Below are positions 54,056-64,000 of a DNA stretch of 64,000 nt, one piece after another. The DNA is from the human T2T-CHM13v2.0 reference genome, Homo sapiens. Location of the stretch: assembly GCF_009914755.1 (NCBI RefSeq), contig NC_060940.1. The stretch is one strand, 5' to 3'. Every line of letters begins with the position of its first letter. Within the stretch, counting starts at the first letter, position 1. The translations under genes and the position numbers were made by a program. The notes under the pieces are model-generated. The model saw only the letters and a list, made by a program, of their open reading frames with translations. It did no database searches and had not been told where the DNA came from.

Positions 54056-55129
54056 CAGAGAAGGCAAAAGAGGTCACACATAAAACAGTGCATTCACGCG
54101 AGGCATTTGAGCAAAACATGGAGCTGTTGCCGTGGGTGGGGTGTTTTCTGTGATGTCCTGTCAGTCTGTGATTTGGGGCTCATGTCTCACCTCCCAAATG
54201 ATGGGCAATGATGGTATTAAAATAATGGCATCTGCAAAAGCCAGCTATGCCATCCCTATGGCACCAGTACCCTCAAAAATGCCTCACAATGCAACCCACC
54301 AGCAGCAAATGCGCCCAGATCTCCTACTTCAGGCAGCCAGACCCAGCCTGTGGCATGAGCTTTGATGTCTGCATAGGCGAGGTGCTGGCGAGGCTGGGTC
54401 CAGGTGGTCACTGCCACTAGGCCTCCAGTGGGTGCCATCATCGTGCTCTGCAGCCAAACCAGCTCCTCCTCTTTGAGATCCTGGGTTGCTGGCCTGGGAG
54501 CTGGGAACATGGAGACCTCTGAAACATCTCTGCTTTCCAGGGGTCTACGCCCAGGGGAGGGTGAGGCCAGAGACTGTGTGGTCTGAGCCCCGGCAAGTCC
54601 CTTCCCCTGGGATCCTGCGTGCCCTCATCTCCTGGACTGTCTCCTGCCTGTCCCTCCCCTCCCTCACCCCACTGGTGGTCTGCAGCTTCAGGCCAAGTTT
54701 GCTGCAGCTCCACAGGGACCCTGTGTTCTTCCCTCCACATCTCTGCAAGTGCCATTTCCCCACCCCAAGCACCTATCCCATGTTCCCTCCTCATTTGGCC
54801 CCGACTCCTAGCTATGCCTCCTGTGTCAACACAACTCAGGGCTCCTCTCTACTCACTGCCCTGAGTCATAATCCCTGGTGACTCCTCTGCCCCTCTCCCA
54901 CTGGGCCTTAAGCCCACCTCTCCCCATCTCGCCCACCTCCTCCAGTCAGAATCCCAGCTGGGGCGGCTCTGCGGGTTGAGTCACACACCCCACCCGAGGT
55001 TCACTAGCACGCCAGCAAGAAGCCTTGGAGGCTGCAGAGACTTGGGGTGAGGGAACCAGGACCCAGGAAAGGCTGGGGCCACAGGCTGGCATATAAGCAA
55101 TTACTGTCTGTTAACTGAATATGCACCAA

Positions 55130-55337
55130 GAGACAGGGCCATTTAGGGCTGGAGAATGGGAAGATTCGTGATCATGGCTAAAGGATGCAAAGGTTTCTTT
55201 CCGGGGTGATAAGTTCTAAAATTGACTGGGGTGGTGGTTGTACATATCTGTGAATATACTAAAAGCCATTGAACTGGACACTTAGAATGGATGAATTGCA
55301 TGACATTCGAATTACATCTCCCTAAAGCTGTTAAAAA
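55130..55337 (+). mobile_element. L1MB 3' terminus
   Basis: GTTCTAAAATTGA..CTGTGAATATACTAAAAGCCATTGAA..AAAGCTGTTAAAAA. Confidence 0.8.
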
Positions 55338-56109
55338 GCAGGTTTGAAGGGTGGAACCCCATGCCCCATGGTGGAAGGCAGGACGGAAGGCTTTATGTCC
55401 CTCAAAGGACTTTGAGACAATTCACTAAGGCCATAAAAGTAAAGTGCTTGGCACAGCACCAGCTTGTTGTAAATTCTTAATAAACAGTAGAAAATGAATG
55501 AGAAGTGATGGCCACCATCCCAGCATGGCATTGGAGCTGATGGCCGGCCAGTATCGGGGGTTCTTCTGCCCTGTGTGGAGTAAGCCCGTCGGTGCCTGGC
55601 TTCCAGGGAGGCAGGGGCCCCTTCCTGGAGGACACGGAGGTTTGGGTAGGGAGGCAGCCCGGCACCCTTTCTGCAGGGCAGTGCGAAGCCCTCCTCCGCA
55701 GATAAGCCGCCGGCCTCTTCACCAGGTTCTCAACAGCCAGATTGGAGATCTCTGGCTTGCAGGCTGCGGCTCCTGGCTGTCAGGAGGAATGAGCCCAGGG
55801 ATGATTAATGAGAGAGAAGGAAATGTAATCATGCATGCCGGCCCGCCAAGCAGCATAAATCTCTCTGGAGATTGCGGAGAGAATGGATTCCTCCCTCGCC
55901 GGGCCTTGAGAAAGGGCATCCTCTAGGTTCCGCAGAGTCTGGGGAACCTCCACAGGCCTTGAATCAAAGCTCACCTGCACAGACCAGATGGGGGTGAGTT
56001 TGCAGGAACCCGCTGCTGAGGACAACCACCGTGCCCTTGGAGGCAGCCCGCATCGGTGACTCTCTGGGAAGCCAGGCTTGGCTGCAGATGGGGCAACGGA
56101 TAAAGGCAG

Positions 56110-56430
56110 CAGGCTTAGGCCCAGGTTCGAATCCAGCCTCTGCCACTCACTAGCTCTGAGACCTGGGGCAAGTTTCTTCATTCTCTTGGCTCCTCCTTGT
56201 CTGTGAAATGGGAATAGAGGATTGCTGCAGGGCGTCGTGTGAGGACTGAGTTGCTAGGGGCACAGTTCTCAGAAGCAGGGTGGGCAGTGAGCATGCCCTG
56301 CAGGAGCTGCTGTCCTGCTCATCTTCTCTGCCACACAGTTGCCCTGCATCCTCTCATCCAATCACCATGACACCTCGAGAAACGGGAGTTACTGGTCCCA
56401 TCATGCAGATGGGAACACAGAGGCCGCATG
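56110..56430. mobile_element. Two MIRs in opposite orientation
   Basis: + GGTTCGAATCCAGCCTCTGCCACTCACTAGCT..; - CCCATCATGCAGATGGGAACACAGAGGC. Confidence 0.6.
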
Positions 56431-57595
56431 CATTGCCTGACTCGTCCAACCTTCCGCGGCGAGCAGCGCCGGCCCCTCACCGAGCTGTCTGACCCGGGGT
56501 CTCCGTGACTTTTAAAAGTTTGTTCCCAGCCTCCCACAGGGCACTGGCATGGCCATTTGTCAGCACTGCCTCCAGACCCCGGGCGACAGGAACAAATGTC
56601 ACCCTCCCACCCGCCAGCTGTCTTTGGAGCATGCAGCGTCCGAGGGGCCTCAGATCTATTTCTGAAGGGGGTGCGTTTGCCTTTGTTCCTCTTCCCGGCC
56701 ATCCCGAGTCCCCTGCCTTTCTTCATCCGAATTATGAAAAGTCCTTTTGGCCCTGGGATCTGCGAAGACTTTGGACTCCTTGGAGGTCAGAAACCTGAGC
56801 TGGGCACTAAGAAGACACTGACTGTTGCTGAGAAGGGAGGGACCTTAATGGCTTTAGCAGATGCCACAGGGAGGGAGGGCCCAGGGCAGCCCCAACTGCC
56901 CACCCGCAGATAACCCCTGCCCCTCTCCACGGGCAAGGCAGAAAGTCCGAGTTCTGGGGAGGCTGGTAAATACTTAGGTGTCAGCGCCTGCAGGGTTCCA
57001 GCCTCTTGCCTCAGAGAAGGCATTTAAAGTTCTTACAAGAAACTTTTTGCTGAACCAGCAGGAAAGTGTGCTTGGGCGCTGATGGGACTGAGGACTGTGG
57101 CTTCTATAGGGGGTTCTAGAATCTCAGGGCTGCAAAACCCTGTCGGGGTTAGTGCATCACCTGGCCCCAGGACTGAGCAACTCCATCCAGGGGTAGGTGG
57201 ACAGGGGTGCAGCTGTGGGCACCGAGCACCCATGCCCGGCTCCAGGCTGGGACACTCACTGCCCACAGGTATGCCCTTGGCTCACTTCTGAGACACCTGG
57301 GGAGGCAAGACAAGAGGTTTTATTTGCACAAAGGGGGCCTGTTTATTATTCATGAGAACAACTCTGTTTAAAAAACAGGATGGAGTTTTTGTTTTCTTTT
57401 TAAGGTCAGTCACCTTGCTAAAAATTCAAGATACAAAAAGGTATCTCCCTCTCACCTGTTCCCACAGCCACCTTCCCAGGGGTGCCTATATTTTCAGATG
57501 TTTTAGGCCTGTAAGCATATACTTACATGCATAAAAGTAGGTAAGTGCATATCCTTCCACACATGTAAGTATATACATACATATATATACATACA

Positions 57596-57931
57596 CAGTC
57601 ATGCACCACCTAAAGACAGAGATACATTCTGACAAATGCATCACTACATGTTTCTGTCACTCTGTTAACATCTTAGAGTGCACTTACACACACCTAGATG
57701 GTACAGCCTGTTAGACACCTAGGCTGTACGGTAGAGTCTATTGCTCCAAGGCTACAAACCTGTACAGCATGTTATACACTGAATACTGTAGGCAACTGCA
57801 ACACAATGGTAAGTATTTGTGTATCTAAACAACAAAAAGGACAATAAAAATATGGCATGATCATCTCATGAGACCACCATTGTATATGCACTCCACCATT
57901 GGCTGAAACGTGGTTATGCAGTGCTTGACTG
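57596..57931. mobile_element. Tigger3 deletion derivative (TcMar-Tigger)
   Basis: Terminal CAGTCATGCAC / GTGCTTGACTG, TA on right flank; GGCTACAAACCTGTACAGCATGTTA. Confidence 0.85.
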
Positions 57932-58349
57932 TATACACACACACACGCATGCATGTATGTATGTACACACACACTATCCACACTGCCCTGCACCTTGCTG
58001 TTTTCAGTCATCTCTTTTGGTGATAAGTAGATGTTGGCATGTAAAGAGCTCTGATTCCTTTTCATGGCTGTATACTACTCCCTCGAACAGCCTGTTCATT
58101 ATCTATGTATTTAGCTGGTCCCCTGCAGACAGGCCCTTCTTTATAAATATTACTTTTCCCATGGAAAGGGAACATGTTTTGCCAGGGGGATACTGCTTAT
58201 GGGGGAACAGGGAGGGGTTGGTGAGAATGTGGGGTCTAGAGATATGAGTTAGCATCCTGACCTCTTGTTCATTAGCTGTGTAGCCTGTGCCACCCTCAGC
58301 CACCCCCACCTGTCCACCAGGCAATAAACAAGACACAGAGACCTTCATG

Positions 58350-58620
58350 AATCGAACACATGTGTTTAGGGCAGAAGAGTTGAGCTATTCCATCCTGAGC
58401 TCTGAAAGCAGCCTCACCTGGGCTCACATTCCCACCCTACTTCTTACAAACCAGGTGCCTTCGGCAGACACCTTTCCTTTGAGCCTCAGTTGGGGCATAA
58501 TTATGACAGCCCCTGCCCAGGTTTATTTTATGATTAAATGAGATTCACCAGCATTTGTCCAGCCACTTGACATCAGCTGGCATCAGTGCGTGCTCAATTC
58601 ATTTTTGCTTTTACCGTTGT
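58350..58620 (+). mobile_element. MIR
   Basis: TGAGCCTCAGTT..GATTAAATGAGAT..GTGCTCAAT. Confidence 0.6.
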
Positions 58621-60111
58621 CATCATCATTGGGGTGGCAGTGGCCCTCCTGACACACCGTACCCTTCTGCACAGATGTTCCCCACAATGCAGTTGTTCCA
58701 AACCCACAGCACTATTGGGGCTCAGAGACTCAGCACAGCTGGTGGGGATTACCACTTCATCCACCCCCGCAGGTGCTCCGGAGGCCACTTCCTCTCCTGC
58801 AGCCCCCACGTGTGTCTTTGAATATTGGAACACACACGATTCCTCTTTGCTGGGGGAATCCTGCCTGGAGGCAGGGGATTGAACCAAATGACCTTTTGAC
58901 CTCTTGTCCAACCCTAGCCCCAGGATTCAAGATCAGCCAGAGTGCACATGGGCCAATGAAATTAGCCACTCCTTCCGGAAAGGCGAGTTTATTCGGCATT
59001 CTGCGGCTCCCAGGGGCTGTCTTAGATAAGACTTGCTCCAGGCTCTTTTGTCCCCCAGGACTTGTGGAAATTTCTGGGTCTGTTTGACATCAACTCCTGT
59101 CCTCCCAGTCCCACCACTGGCCTTCCACTGACCTTTGGAGACCAGGGAGAGAAAACGTCATTTTTCCCCTAACCCACTGAACTCTCTGAAAGGACAAAGT
59201 GACAGAGGCCAGCACGGCCTCTCCAGAAAGGCCTCCCGGCCCCACCGTCACTGTGACTTAGAAAACGCGCCCACACCTAGCCGAGGCCAAGAGACACCGG
59301 CCGCCCCTTACACTGAAAATGAAGTAAAACCTCCTGAGAGGCTTCTCCAGAGAGGCTCGGAAGAGCAGCAGGAAGGCAGGAGGATGCCGATAGGACACCG
59401 GGGAAGAGGAGGAAACGGCCTGCCGGGTCTAGACGCGTTATCTGGCCCCGTTCGGGCACCAGCTCCACACTCATCCATCGTCCCCCGGAATGGACTTCCT
59501 GCCTCGGGACCGCGCCAATGACCTCACCCCCTTGCTATCTCGGCGGTCCCGCTGCTGCCCGCTCTAGGCTCTCAGGAATTAGGGGGCCAGATAACAAGTC
59601 TAGACAGCTCAGAAGTTTGAAATGGATTATTCTCGCCGGGGAGGAGGATGGCTAGCAACGAGCTCTAGGGACTCAAATGCCAAATCCCTGGACTGCATTC
59701 AGATTCCAAGTGGGAGTCCAGGCGTTCACGTTCTTCCTCCGTGGTCCCACCGCCCTGAAGCTGGCAATGAGTACAGCAGCTGCCACGAAGCCGCCAGGGT
59801 CTGGCTGCCCTAGCCCGGGCAGTGGGCACTCCACTCCCTCCTCCCTTCGTCGGCTTCAGGTGAGCTTCCAGGGCCTCGTCTGCAGAGCTGGACAGAGCTC
59901 TCCAGGCTGAGAAGGTGACGGTGCCTCTCCACCCTCGAGGCGTTCAGCCCTAGGGGCAGGAGTGAGTGACACAATAAATGGAAGGAAGTCCAACAGGGAG
60001 CAGAGCTCCTCCCAAGAGACGACGGCGCACGACGGCGCTGAGTGCTCGCCCAAACATCAAGTGTTTGCCATGAAACTCTCCTCAGTGCCCCCTCTGCCCC
60101 TTCTCCCACCC

Positions 60112-60300
60112 TGTTATGAATCCATTGTGTTCCCCAAAAATTCTTACGTTGCCATCCAAACTGCCAGTGCCTCCGAATGTGACCTTATTTGGAAATAGGG
60201 CCCTAGAAGATGTAATTAGTTGAGCTGAAGTCATGCTGGAGTAGGATTGGCCTCTAAACCGCTATGATGGTGTCCTTATAAAAAGGCCCCCTCACAGACA
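60112..60300 (+). mobile_element. MLT1B/C 5' fragment
   Basis: TGTGACCTTATTTGGAAATAGGG..GATGTAATTAGTT..GTGTCCTTATAA. Confidence 0.75.
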
Positions 60301-60369
60301 GGCAGCCCACAAATGCCCAGGAGCCACTGTCATCAGGAGCAGCCCTGGGCCAGGGACGGTGAAGCCCTG

Positions 60370-60590
60370 CAACATAAAACCCTGCTCGGCTGCAAACTCC
60401 AAGGGGGCCAGACAGTCTCCCAGCGCTCCCCAGAGGGTGGAGCCCCGGTTGCCCACCATGGTCAGCTGATCAACAGTCCACCCTGCATTGGTTTCGTCCC
60501 TTCCCCCGGTCCCTTCCCAACTCCCCTACACTTCCTGAGGTCACCTCCCAAAAACTGCCTGCACTCACAACCCGCCTCTGGTCTGGGTGG
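60370..60590 (+). mobile_element. LTR16-family fragment
   Basis: GTTGCCCAC..TCACCTCCCAAAAACTGCCTGCACTC. Confidence 0.55.
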
Positions 60591-61015
60591 GGAGGAGGCA
60601 GCTTTCCATGAACACAGGCTGGGAAGAGGAGACACAGTCTTGGCCGCACGTGGGAGGGATAACCCTGCATGCAGTCACAGGTTTGTATAGAATACCTGTC
60701 CCCAAACTAAAACCAACCTGATGGGTGTCGGAAATTGCTAGTTCTGTCTACATCCATTCCCTCTCTTAAGTGACCGTATTAATCACAACCAGGTGCGTGA
60801 CTGCCCTTCCCCAAGATTCACCACCCCACCCTTCGTTCTCAGTGAAGACCTAAGGTCTCAGGTAGGTGTGACTCCACATCTAGATTCTGGGATGTGAACA
60901 ACAGTGATGCCCAACTCGCAGCTTGTGGTCTTAAAGGGAAGACATATACCTGCACCCCTCCTTTCCTCCATCACGCTGTCCAAAACGCAGGCGTGATGGA
61001 AGCAGGTATGACTAC

Positions 61016-61296
61016 TCCCCCTCCTCCTTCTCCTCCTCTTCATCCCCTCCGCCTCTTCCTCCTCCTCCTCCCCTTCTTCCCCCTCCTCCCCCTCCCTTTC
61101 CTCCCCCTCCTCCTCTTCATCCCTCTCCTCCTCTTCCTCCTCCCCCTCCCCTTTCTCCCCCTCCTCCTCTTCATCCCACTCCTCCTCTTCCTCCACCCCC
61201 TCCTCCTCCCCCTCCCCTTCCACCCCCTTCTCCTCCTCCTCCCTGTCTTCCTCCTCTTCCTCTTCCTTCATTTTTTCTCCTCATGCTCTTTTCCTC
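61016..61296. repeat. (CCT)-rich polypyrimidine tract
   Basis: Direct reading; source of the poly-Glu ORF. Confidence 0.95.
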
Positions 61297-62307
61297 CTCG
61301 TCTCACACTAAGGAAGTGGGAGGTTTAAGAGCATTATGCAGAGTCTTACCTTAATCTTTCTCCAGCAGAGCCAACACTGAAGCTTCTGACCCTAGCATCC
61401 CTTTCATTTATCTTAGAGAGCCCAAGACAGACTTCATTTACATTAATCCAAAAATAACAAAGTGGAAGAAATACATGTTGGTAAGGAATTCAGGTGAACC
61501 CAGGAAGCGTTGGGAAAGTGGGCTCCTTCCGGGAAAGGCCAGGGGGAGAGAAGCAGCTTGTTCTGATCAAATCTGGAAAAAAGCTGCTTTCCAGGGGCGA
61601 GGTGGCCTGACACATGGCGGGCGGGTCACCGGGAGCCCCACTTGAGGGAATTTCCTAGAATGACAATGCGCAGGAACAATGGGTGAGTCAGGTCTTTAAT
61701 TGCCAGAAATTATCTTGATTTCATGGCAATGTTGAAGTGTTTAGAAAGCCTGTGTTACATAAAGATAAACTCGTGTGAAGACCGGGGCTGACGAGCAGCC
61801 AAAAGCAGTCAGGAATGTGTGCTCCACGCCGGCTCCTGCCGATGTTAACATTTTTCAGGCACTGAGCGGGAATCGTCTGTATCTGAGAGATTGGGAAGAC
61901 CTCCGTTGTGAGCCCGGCCCTGCTTGTTGGCTTGTTGGCCGCAGGAGGCCGGCTCGGTGGCTGCCCCTGGTGCCCGCTGATCCATGCGCAGCATCAGGCT
62001 GGAGGAGCGCGCGCAGCTCGCTGGAAATGACCCTGCCTGGGGACGAAAGCGTGGGCTCAGGGCCAGAGCTGGGTTGGAATACTCCTGCTCCTTGCCAGCT
62101 CTGGGGCCTTAGGTCACCGAGCCTCTCTGAGCGCATTTGGCACACCTCTGAAATGAAGCCGATGTCGGCTCTTGTATTTGGTACCGGAGGGTTTGGGGCA
62201 ATATCGGGAGAATACATTTCCCAACGGCTCTCCTCTTCCTCCCTTTCCCTTTGAGAGACGTGAAAAGAAGCACTTGGGCTGACACGGGCCTGGGGCACAT
62301 GGAAATA

Positions 62308-63139
62308 GGTGTGGAAGTGTGAGGTGTGGTGTGAGTGAGGTGTGGTGTGAGAGTGAGGTGAGGCGTACGAGGTGCGAGGTGGATGTAAGGGTGAAGGGTG
62401 AGAGTCAAGTGCGATATGTGAGGTGTGAGTGTGAGATGTGTGTGTGAGGTATGGTGTGTGAGATGTGAGCATAATGGGTGTGTGAGGTGTGTGGGTTGGA
62501 GTGTGATGTGAGTGTGAGGTGTGTGTGTAATTGTGAGGTGTGAGGTGAGGTGTGAGTGTGAAGTATGAGTGTGAGCTTGAGTGTGAGATGTATGAGTGTG
62601 AGATGTGCGTGAGGTGTGACCGTGAGTGTGAGGTTTGAGTGTGAGGTGTGTGAATGTGAAGTGTGAGGTGAAGTGTGAGATGTGTGTGAGGTGTGACTGA
62701 GTGCAAGGTGTGAGGTGAGGTTTGAGATGTGTGAGGTGGTGTGAGTGTGAGATATGTGTGTGTGAGGTGTGTGAGTGAGGTGTGAGTGTGAGTTGGAGAG
62801 TGATGTGTGACATGTGAGGTGAGGTGTGAGTGTTAAGTATGAGTGTGAGGTGTGAGGTGTGTGAGATGTGTGTGAGGTGTGTGAGCATAAGGTGTGATGT
62901 GAGTGTGAGATGTGTGCGAGGAGTGACTCTGAGGTTTGAGTGTGAGGTGTGTGAGTGTAAAGTGTGAGGTGAAGTGTGACCTGTGTGAGGTGTGACTGAG
63001 TGTAAGGTGTGAGGTGAGGTGTGACGTGTGTGTGAGGTGGTGTGAGATGTGTGTGTGAGGTGGTGTGAGTGTGAGGTGTGAGTGTGAGATGTGTGAGTGT
63101 GAGGTGTGAGTGTGAGAAAGTGTGGGGTGGCTGTGTGAG
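62308..63139. repeat. TG/TGAGG low-complexity array
   Basis: Direct reading; source of the His/Thr-rich ORFs. Confidence 0.95.
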
Positions 63140-63449
63140 TTGGTAGAAGTACCTCTGGACAGTAAGTCAGAAGCCCTGGATAAGTGGCAATACTTGGAAG
63201 GAAAATCAAGTCAAGGTTTTCACAGGGAGATCATTTGAAGCAAGAACATGTATTGGTTTTGGTACCTACCTACATGTGCGGTAAGAGCATAAAAATATGG
63301 ACAGAAGGAAACATCCCAACTTCTGAATAGAGGTTCCCTTTAGGGCTGGAAAGATGGGGAAGAAGGGAAGGAGGGAAATGGGATAGAGTAGGAGCCTTTG
63401 GCTGTCTTTAAGTTTTTAAGTAGACAAAACGGAGCATGGGTTAATTCTG

Positions 63450-63970
63450 AGAGCTGGCATAGCCAGACGCCAATAAACATGAGAAAGTGGCCATCACTAT
63501 CAGCCATCGGGAAATACAAATTAAAGCCACATTGCAACCCCTCTTCACACCTTCCAGGCTGGCAAAAGTGAGCAGCAGTCACCCAGCACTGAGGAGGGGG
63601 TGGAGCGGATCAAGTTCCCGGATGCCGGATGCCGGATGCTGTCGGTGGGGGTCGCGTGGTGCCAACCCCTTGGAAAAGTGTTCAGCAGTGCCTTACACAG
63701 CATAGCACACGCACACCCTGTCACCCAGCAACTCCACGCTAGCTGCATGCCCCATACCATGGGTGCATACGTTCATCAGAAGACATCTGCAGGAAGGTTC
63801 GCAGCAGCGCTATTCAGAATAGTTAAAACCCAGGAACTGCCTTATGCCCTTTGATGTTGAGATCAGCTCAGCAAGTGCGGTCTCTTCTCACAGTAACACA
63901 ATAGAGCAATGAGAACGAGCAGAGCACACAGCTCCACACAGCTGAGGATGGCTCTCAGATAGGGTGATGA
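63450..63970 (+). mobile_element. Old L1M ORF2-end/3' UTR, strongly GC-shifted
   Basis: CCAATAAACATGAGAA..GGGAAATACAAATTAAAGCCACA..ACCCAGCAACTCCAC. Confidence 0.7.
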
Positions 63971-64000
63971 GGGAGGGATTCCTGCTGCTGGATTCCATTA

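Noticed and set aside
60858-63209. Poly-Glu and His/Thr-rich ORFs (137, 283, 366 aa)
   Set aside because: Derived from the (CCT)n and TG/TGAGG simple repeats

Overview
Simian-primate (human-like) genomic DNA: AluS, FLAM, L1M, L2, MIR, MaLR/ERVL LTRs and MER/Tigger DNA transposons in GC-rich, minisatellite-rich sequence. I see no intact protein-coding gene, RNA gene or CRISPR array; the long ORFs in the track are translations of simple repeats or decayed TEs. The only protein-derived sequence I recognise is a 5'-truncated, minus-strand retrocopy of the 3' end of CCDC7 (~36197-36635). It has 99 open codons, AATAAA and an A-tail remnant, and is nested in a MER58B transposon. Other notable structure includes a templated-insertion junction at an MSTA LTR end (~34375-34676), a perfect 34-bp palindrome in an L2 tail, a 27-bp Alu head between 12-bp direct repeats and several minisatellites born inside old TEs. 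Several repeat-free blocks carry dense TALE/HOX/FOX motifs, suggesting a developmental enhancer landscape for a gene outside the window. I cannot assign the locus and find no evidence for a wholly new biological system. Repeat subfamily names come from recalled consensus sequences, and boundaries without TSDs are approximate.
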